Shown: piece by piece, positions 15,595 through 20,000 of the stretch
How the letters are laid out: every line of letters begins with the position of its first letter
Numbering within the stretch: position 1 is the stretch's first letter
Virus record (IMG/VR): IMGVR_UViG_3300046507_000407
DNA from: an uncultured virus (IMG/VR IMGVR_UViG_3300046507_000407)
Taxonomy: Duplodnaviria; Heunggongvirae; Uroviricota; Caudoviricetes; Schitoviridae
Reading direction: 5' to 3' (one strand)
Length of the DNA: 20,000 nt
Made by a program: the position numbers and the translations under genes
Notes under the pieces: model-generated
Told to the model about the DNA's origin: nothing
The model's database searches: none
What the model saw: the letters and a program-made list of their open reading frames with translations, nothing else

Positions 15595-15902
15595 GTGGAG
15601 CCAGGAAAGACAGACAGTTAGTTGCATCCACATCAACGCGAGCTTGCTCCACGAGCAAGCGAGTCAGTCCCCATCCCACCCCGCTTATAGAGAAAAATCC
15701 TCGCCAAATTTTTTGGACGAACCGGATTGTCGTGTGCCTAAAAAAGAGGCAACGGTTTCCAGAAATTCTCATAGCTAGGTTCCATCGTAGGGTGTGGCGC
15801 TTGGGTCGGGTACACACGTACACCACCCCCCCGGTCATCAACGCTATGTGGTATCTCATGCCACCCCTGTTTGCTGGGGCTGCTGTACACACTGCCTACA
15901 CT

Positions 15903-15913
15903 CGGCTACGCCG
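15903..15913 (+). promoter_or_regulatory. Virion RNA polymerase hairpin promoter, copy 1
   Basis: CGGCTACGCCG; the template strand forms CGGC-GTA-GCCG with a C-GDA-G triloop. Confidence 0.75.
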
Positions 15914-16092
15914 CTGCGAGTACTGATCTCGGTGGTGTCATCACTGTGTGCTACGTCACCACACTCTCACTGTCATTGCACTCTGACTGTACATGCAGAG
16001 CACACACATTCAGATACTACTGAGCATGAGCTTGCTCCGTCTCTATATGGAGTGAGTGATCAGTCAGTGCCATGCCAGTGTTCTAGCTCTAT

Positions 16093-16105
16093 TCGGCTAC
16101 GCCGA
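16093..16105 (+). promoter_or_regulatory. Virion RNA polymerase hairpin promoter, copy 2
   Basis: TCGGCTACGCCGA with a 5-bp stem, upstream of the first early gene. Confidence 0.8.
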
Positions 16106-16197
16106 TGCTGGCTAATTCCCTTCTCTCTCTTTTCTTGGTTGGGCCTAAACACTAGGCTCTACCTCTTTCCTCTAACTTATCTCTACTGGAGTTCATT

Positions 16198-16539
16198 ATG
16201 TCCACAGCACGCATGACGTTTGGCACGGTCCTCGGCACGGTTTCGGATGCAGCAGTTGCTGTCTCCACCACTCTCGGTGCTGGCATCAAGGGCATCAACA
16301 TGCTCGATGAGTTCGTCACGGTTGCAGCGCTGAAGCAGAAGGCACGCAATGTCGTCGAAGTCGAAACCTTCGCTGTCCGCTTGCAGGAAGAAGTGGCCAT
16401 GGAGGAAGTCGAGCGTCAGATCAAGCTCGTCGAGTTCACGAGCAAGTCCGATGCACACAAGGCTGCATTCGAAGCATCGTTCGATCGTATCGGCGCATTG
16501 CTGGCCAAGCACAAGATCGGTATGCCTGTCTCGGCGTAA
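16198..16539 (+). CDS. First early gene product (N4 gp1-position hypothetical protein)
   Basis: 113 aa with a GGAG SD, directly downstream of the hairpin promoters and followed by a terminator. Confidence 0.8.
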   Translation: MSTARMTFGTVLGTVSDAAVAVSTTLGAGIKGINMLDEFVTVAALKQKARNVVEVETFAVRLQEEVAMEEVERQIKLVEFTSKSDAHKAAFEASFDRIGALLAKHKIGMPVSA

Positions 16540-16560
16540 GTCGTAGCGTTAAATCCTGCT

Positions 16561-16594
16561 GGCTCAATCACTTAGGTGTGGTTGGGCCTTTTTC
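16561..16594 (+). terminator. Intrinsic terminator after the first early gene
   Basis: GGCTCAATCAC-TTAG-GTGTGGTTGGGCC-TTTTT. Confidence 0.8.
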
Positions 16595-16660
16595 ATTTCA
16601 GGGCCAATCGGTTAGCTCTTGGGCTAATCCATTGGTCTTTTCTCATTTCTGGAGGCTGTC

Positions 16661-16882
16661 ATGTCGGCTGCAACTGTTGAAGCTGTTGATCGTATCGCTG
16701 CTGGTCTGTTCTTCCTGCTCGGCCTGTTTGCCATTGGCGGTGGTCTGCTCACCTCGCAGGGTGTGTTCCCCATGTTCAACGCATGGGCTGACGTCCTGCT
16801 GGTCATCGTCGGCTTCAACGCGTGGTTCATCTCGTGGGCACTCGTCGTCGGTACCCAGTTCCAGCACGGTCGTCGTATCTAA
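16661..16882 (+). CDS. Early small membrane protein (two TM segments)
   Basis: GGAGG SD and two hydrophobic helices. Confidence 0.75.
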   Translation: MSAATVEAVDRIAAGLFFLLGLFAIGGGLLTSQGVFPMFNAWADVLLVIVGFNAWFISWALVVGTQFQHGRRI

Positions 16883-16946
16883 ACGCTTGTGGCTCCTCTC
16901 GGGGCCGCAGCAACCCAGTCAGATAGATAGTCCATAGGGATAGCCC

Positions 16947-17198
16947 ATGTCACACGCTGAAACCGAGATTCAGAAGTTCAACCGCCTGCTACGTGAGCAG
17001 CGCATAGAACGTGAGCAGAAACGTCACGATCACTTTCACCAACTGCTGCTGGATAACGACATCCCCGAATCGGAGATCGAGCGTCTCGTGATTCAGAACG
17101 GATGGTCGATGCAACAGATCGTCGAGTGGTATCAGGAGCAAGGATTGATCGAAATCACCGATCCGGCCGAACTGGCTGAGCCGAGGGATCAAGCATGA
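16947..17198 (+). CDS. Early hypothetical protein (83 aa)
   Basis: AGGGA SD, charged helical sequence, ATGA overlap with the next ORF. Confidence 0.75.
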   Translation: MSHAETEIQKFNRLLREQRIEREQKRHDHFHQLLLDNDIPESEIERLVIQNGWSMQQIVEWYQEQGLIEITDPAELAEPRDQA

Positions 17199-17365
17199 CT
17201 TCATTCGACATCGGCTTCATTCAGGGAATGCTGGATGCACGCACCGACTTCACGCTGTCCGCTGAGCAAACGGCGTGCAACCCGTTCGACTCACAAACGG
17301 AGCGTGATGAGTGGCAAGGCTGGATAGCCGGTTACGACGCACATCGGCATCCCAACATCGTCTGA
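17195..17365 (+). CDS. Small early protein (56 aa) with an Rmf/CrpP-like motif
   Basis: Below the track cut-off. MTSFDIGFIQGMLDARTDFTLSAEQTACNPFDSQTERDEWQGWIAGYDAHRHPNIV, with ATGA coupling and a GAGGGA SD. Confidence 0.7.
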   Translation: MTSFDIGFIQGMLDARTDFTLSAEQTACNPFDSQTERDEWQGWIAGYDAHRHPNIV

Positions 17366-17380
17366 GGTGGATTGAGGCTG

Positions 17381-17395
17381 AGCGGCTACGCCGCT
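17381..17395 (+). promoter_or_regulatory. Virion RNA polymerase hairpin promoter, copy 3
   Basis: AGCGGCTACGCCGCT with a 6-bp stem, intergenic and upstream of the gp2-like gene. Confidence 0.8.
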
Positions 17396-17445
17396 GTTGG
17401 GGAGTGTCCAAGGCTCCCGTTCTCTCAATCTCTCCCGGAGTGCGT

Positions 17446-17604
17446 ATGCCCAAGTCCTACCGTCTGTTGCTGCTCGTGCTGGCTGGTGGCGCATGTGTGT
17501 GGTCACAGGCTGGCCAGTATGCGTCTGACATCGACGCAGCCAATGCCGGTGTGAAGGCCATCAACAGTGGCAAGGCATTTGCCCGCAAGGTAGTTGCAGT
17601 GTAG
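17446..17604 (+). CDS. Small early hypothetical protein (52 aa)
   Basis: MPKSYRLLLLVLAGGACVWSQAGQY...; GGAG SD before 17446. The longer track ORF runs through the promoter. Confidence 0.6.
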   Translation: MPKSYRLLLLVLAGGACVWSQAGQYASDIDAANAGVKAINSGKAFARKVVAV

Positions 17605-17689
17605 TTGGCAGTTCCGTTTCATCGTTTCATTGGGTGGAGCTCATCCGGAGCCCATCCCTACTTTCTCTCAAATCTCTCAAGGAATCATC

Positions 17690-18085
17690 ATGGCCGTCGA
17701 AGCTAGAAACCTGTTTGGTGGTAACAAGAACGCTCCTGCTGCTAACAGCCGTAGCGACCGTCCGAAGGCTCAGTTCTGGCTGAATGTGGGCCTGCTCAAG
17801 GAAGTCAAGGGCGAAGCCGTCTTCCTGTCACTGCCCGTCGGCATTCCGCTCGATACGCAGGATCGCCTGCCGGAGACGAGTTCCAACAAGGAATTCGCCC
17901 AGATGCAGGCTGCGCGCAACAACATCATGGACCAGTTGCTGGCCTATGCGCAGACCATGGAAGCGGGTGACGACGTCATCATCGATCTCCAGGTGCAGTT
18001 GCGTCGCGTGAAGGAAACGCAGGAAGTCAGCATCAAGCCCGAAGAAAATCCGTTCGCCATCGCGCTGGACCTGAAGGCAGCGTAA
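17690..18085 (+). CDS. N4 gp2-like (Drc-like) ssDNA-binding activator of middle transcription
   Basis: PKAQFWLNVG...FLSLPVGIPLDTQ...ARNNIMDQL...LQVQLRRV matches N4 gp2 as I recall it. AAGGA SD before 17690. Confidence 0.85.
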   Translation: MAVEARNLFGGNKNAPAANSRSDRPKAQFWLNVGLLKEVKGEAVFLSLPVGIPLDTQDRLPETSSNKEFAQMQAARNNIMDQLLAYAQTMEAGDDVIIDLQVQLRRVKETQEVSIKPEENPFAIALDLKAA

Positions 18086-18118
18086 ACGCAACGGCGGGCA
18101 ACGCCGTAAACACAGTTC

Positions 18119-18160
18119 TGGGGTAAGTGGCTACAATGCCGCTTACCCCAAACTTATTTC
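18119..18160 (+). terminator. Long hairpin, probable terminator after the gp2-like gene
   Basis: TGGGGTAAGTGGC-TACAAT-GCCGCTTACCCCA followed by AACTTATTTC. A second hairpin, ACGGCG-GGCAA-CGCCGT, lies at 18091-18107. Confidence 0.65.
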
Positions 18161-18241
18161 TAATCTGATAGTCAACTTTCCAAAGCCTAAGTAGAGCTTT
18201 GTGGACGAACACGGCTATATAAAGCCCAAAGGATAGAAACC

Positions 18242-18799
18242 ATGGTCAAACCACTGATTTATGCGGGTATTGGCAGCCGCGAAACACCCGCTGAGATCCT
18301 CAAAGACATGGTCTATATCGGGGAGGAAATGGGCAAGTCAGGCTGGATCCTGCGCTCCGGATTCGCAGATGGCGCGGACAACGCATTCGCTCAGGGTGCT
18401 GACTCGGTGGACGGCCAGATGGAGATCTACATCCCATGGCTGAAGTTCAACGGTGCACCCGTCGACCATCCGGCAATCATCATCCCGACGGTCACGGCCG
18501 AGATGGAGCAGATCGCAGCCGATCACCATCCTGCATGGGGTGCGTGCAAACAGGGCGCGAGAAAGCTGCACACACGCAACGTGTGCCAGGTGCTCGGGCA
18601 AGACCTGAAAACACCGGCCGATCTCATCATCTGCTGGACCAGAAATGGTGCTGGCGGTGGTGGTACCGGGCAGGCACTGCGCATCGCTGCGACCTACCAG
18701 GTACCCGTCTTCGATCTGGCACTGGGACAGGCCACTGTCGATGCCCTGTGCACCTTCATATCGCAGCTTGAACAGGCAAGGAATGGACACTCGTCCTAG
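18242..18799 (+). CDS. SLOG-superfamily (DprA/Smf-like Rossmann fold) protein
   Basis: YAGIGSRETP, LRSGFADGADNAF and GGTGQALRIA motifs. Confidence 0.8.
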   Translation: MVKPLIYAGIGSRETPAEILKDMVYIGEEMGKSGWILRSGFADGADNAFAQGADSVDGQMEIYIPWLKFNGAPVDHPAIIIPTVTAEMEQIAADHHPAWGACKQGARKLHTRNVCQVLGQDLKTPADLIICWTRNGAGGGGTGQALRIAATYQVPVFDLALGQATVDALCTFISQLEQARNGHSS

Positions 18800-18865
18800 C
18801 CCTTCGCTGCCGCTCAGCGCTAGTCCTCGCGTTTTGTTAGATCCCATCGTGGAGCCAGGAAAACA

Positions 18866-19237
18866 ATGACCACCAGTAAAGAATTTGCAGAGCAATACCT
18901 CGGCTCATTCGAGCAGCCCAAGCAGAGCGAACTGCTCACCCAGTTCTACCGTGCCTATGCCGCATGGATCGATGACGATGCACCGGACCATATCATCTTC
19001 AAACGGCGAATGGGCCTGTGTGGAAACCTGCGATTCTGGGCGCTTAATGGTCTGTGCCTGAACAACAGGGAATACGTCCATCTCTACGACGAGCTTACCC
19101 AGCAGTTGGAAAGGGTTTATGGCAGCTCACTGCATCCATTCCACGCAAGCTGTGAAGTCTGGAACGGGGAAGCGTATTCGCATTGCTGTCACCTCAACGA
19201 GAAACGCATTGCATGGGTCAGGGAGCACGCAGCATGA
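18866..19237 (+). CDS. Hypothetical protein (123 aa)
   Basis: AGGA SD and ATGA overlap with the next gene; contains GLC and RIAWVREH. Confidence 0.75.
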   Translation: MTTSKEFAEQYLGSFEQPKQSELLTQFYRAYAAWIDDDAPDHIIFKRRMGLCGNLRFWALNGLCLNNREYVHLYDELTQQLERVYGSSLHPFHASCEVWNGEAYSHCCHLNEKRIAWVREHAA

Positions 19238-19563
19238 ACGAACTCACAGTCGTCAACAAGCACCACGGCCAGTGGCCGCATCGACGCTATGTCTATATCG
19301 GCCGGCCGTCGGCACTGGGTAATCCCTTCCCTGTCAACGCCGGCCGCACCCGTGAGGAGGCCGTAGCCGAGTTCGAGATCTACCTGCAGCAGCAGATGGA
19401 AGCAGGTAACGAGGCCATCCTCAATGAACTGGAGCGCATTGGCGCCATGGTTCTGGATGACTCGGGTGAGCCGGTGTGTCTGCAGTGTTTCTGCGCACCC
19501 AAGGCCTGTCACGGTGATGTGATCAGGCGTGTCATTGAACAAGCAATCAAGGAGCAGTCATGA
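19234..19563 (+). CDS. DUF4326-family protein
   Basis: VYIGRPSALGNPF...R.EA...F...L.CFCAPKACHGDVI; start at 19234 from the ATGA overlap. Confidence 0.85.
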   Translation: MNELTVVNKHHGQWPHRRYVYIGRPSALGNPFPVNAGRTREEAVAEFEIYLQQQMEAGNEAILNELERIGAMVLDDSGEPVCLQCFCAPKACHGDVIRRVIEQAIKEQS

Positions 19564-19952
19564 GCAACCGAATGATATTTGTCTTCGGCTCCAATGAGCG
19601 AGGTGTTCATGGCGCCGGCGCTGCACGGCATGCCATGCAAGCCTACGGCGCACAGATGGGCACGGCGTTCGGCCCGACCGGAGAGGCATTCGCCATCCCG
19701 ACCAAGGATCACTCGATCCAGCACACATTGCCGCTTGAGCGCATCGGCATGTATGTGGCGGGCTTCCTGTATTACGCCTGCAACCACCCGGAACTGACCT
19801 TCCAGGTCACCCGGATTGGCTGTGGACTGGCGGGCCTGAACGACGGAGATGTGGCCATGCTGTTCGATGGTGCACCATCGAATTGTCTGTTCGATTACCA
19901 GTGGAAAGAGCATCTGCCCGATCCGGACGCGAAGTTCTGGGGCTCGTTCTAA
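19560..19952 (+). CDS. A1S_2505-like phage protein, probable macrodomain-like fold
   Basis: IFVFGSNERGVHGAGAA...AFAIPTK...FQVTRIGCGLAG. Confidence 0.75.
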   Translation: MSNRMIFVFGSNERGVHGAGAARHAMQAYGAQMGTAFGPTGEAFAIPTKDHSIQHTLPLERIGMYVAGFLYYACNHPELTFQVTRIGCGLAGLNDGDVAMLFDGAPSNCLFDYQWKEHLPDPDAKFWGSF

Positions 19953-19962
19953 GGAGACTCGC

Positions 19963-20000
19963 ATGGCCAAGGTTAGCTGGGTCGGTGGCCGTGGTGCCAC
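19963..20000 (+). CDS. Start of the next gene (truncated by the window end)
   Basis: AAGGAG SD, then ATG at 19963 (MAKVSWVGGRGA...). Confidence 0.55.
   Translation, partial: MAKVSWVGGRGA

Noticed and set aside
15542..16216. Track ORFs across the intergenic region (15542-15892 minus; 15593, 15732 and 15794 plus)
   Set aside because: No clear SD, atypical composition, and overlap with promoters and hairpins.
15903..17395. Repeated CGGCTACGCCG as a CRISPR or REP element
   Set aside because: Too short and irregularly spaced; position and triloop fit vRNAP promoters.
18783..18869. Possible 28-aa ORF MDTRPSPS...
   Set aside because: Poor SD spacing and low-complexity sequence; not enough support.

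Overview
This window is part of an N4-like (Schitoviridae-type) lytic podophage genome with high GC content; the host cannot be determined from the sequence. It spans the switch from late to early genes, most likely the joined right and left genome ends. Positions 1-14884 are late genes on the minus strand: the portal N-terminus, a lysis cassette (Rz/Rz1 spanins, SAR-type GH108 endolysin, two holin-like genes), a large adsorption module (SGNH esterase, adapter, a four-gene cassette with a lambda-J-like C-terminus, an Ala-rich fibre and a pectate-lyase-like tailspike), a gp67-like adaptor, the terminase subunits and a two-domain candidate nucleotide-sponge protein. Positions 15217-16197 are non-coding and hairpin-rich and probably hold the terminal repeat. 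Positions 16198-20000 are plus-strand early/middle genes, with three copies of a virion-RNAP hairpin promoter (CGGC-TAC-GCCG) at 15903, 16093 and 17381, an N4 gp2-like activator and a SLOG/DUF4326/macro-like cluster. All family assignments come from recognising motifs by eye; no database search was run.
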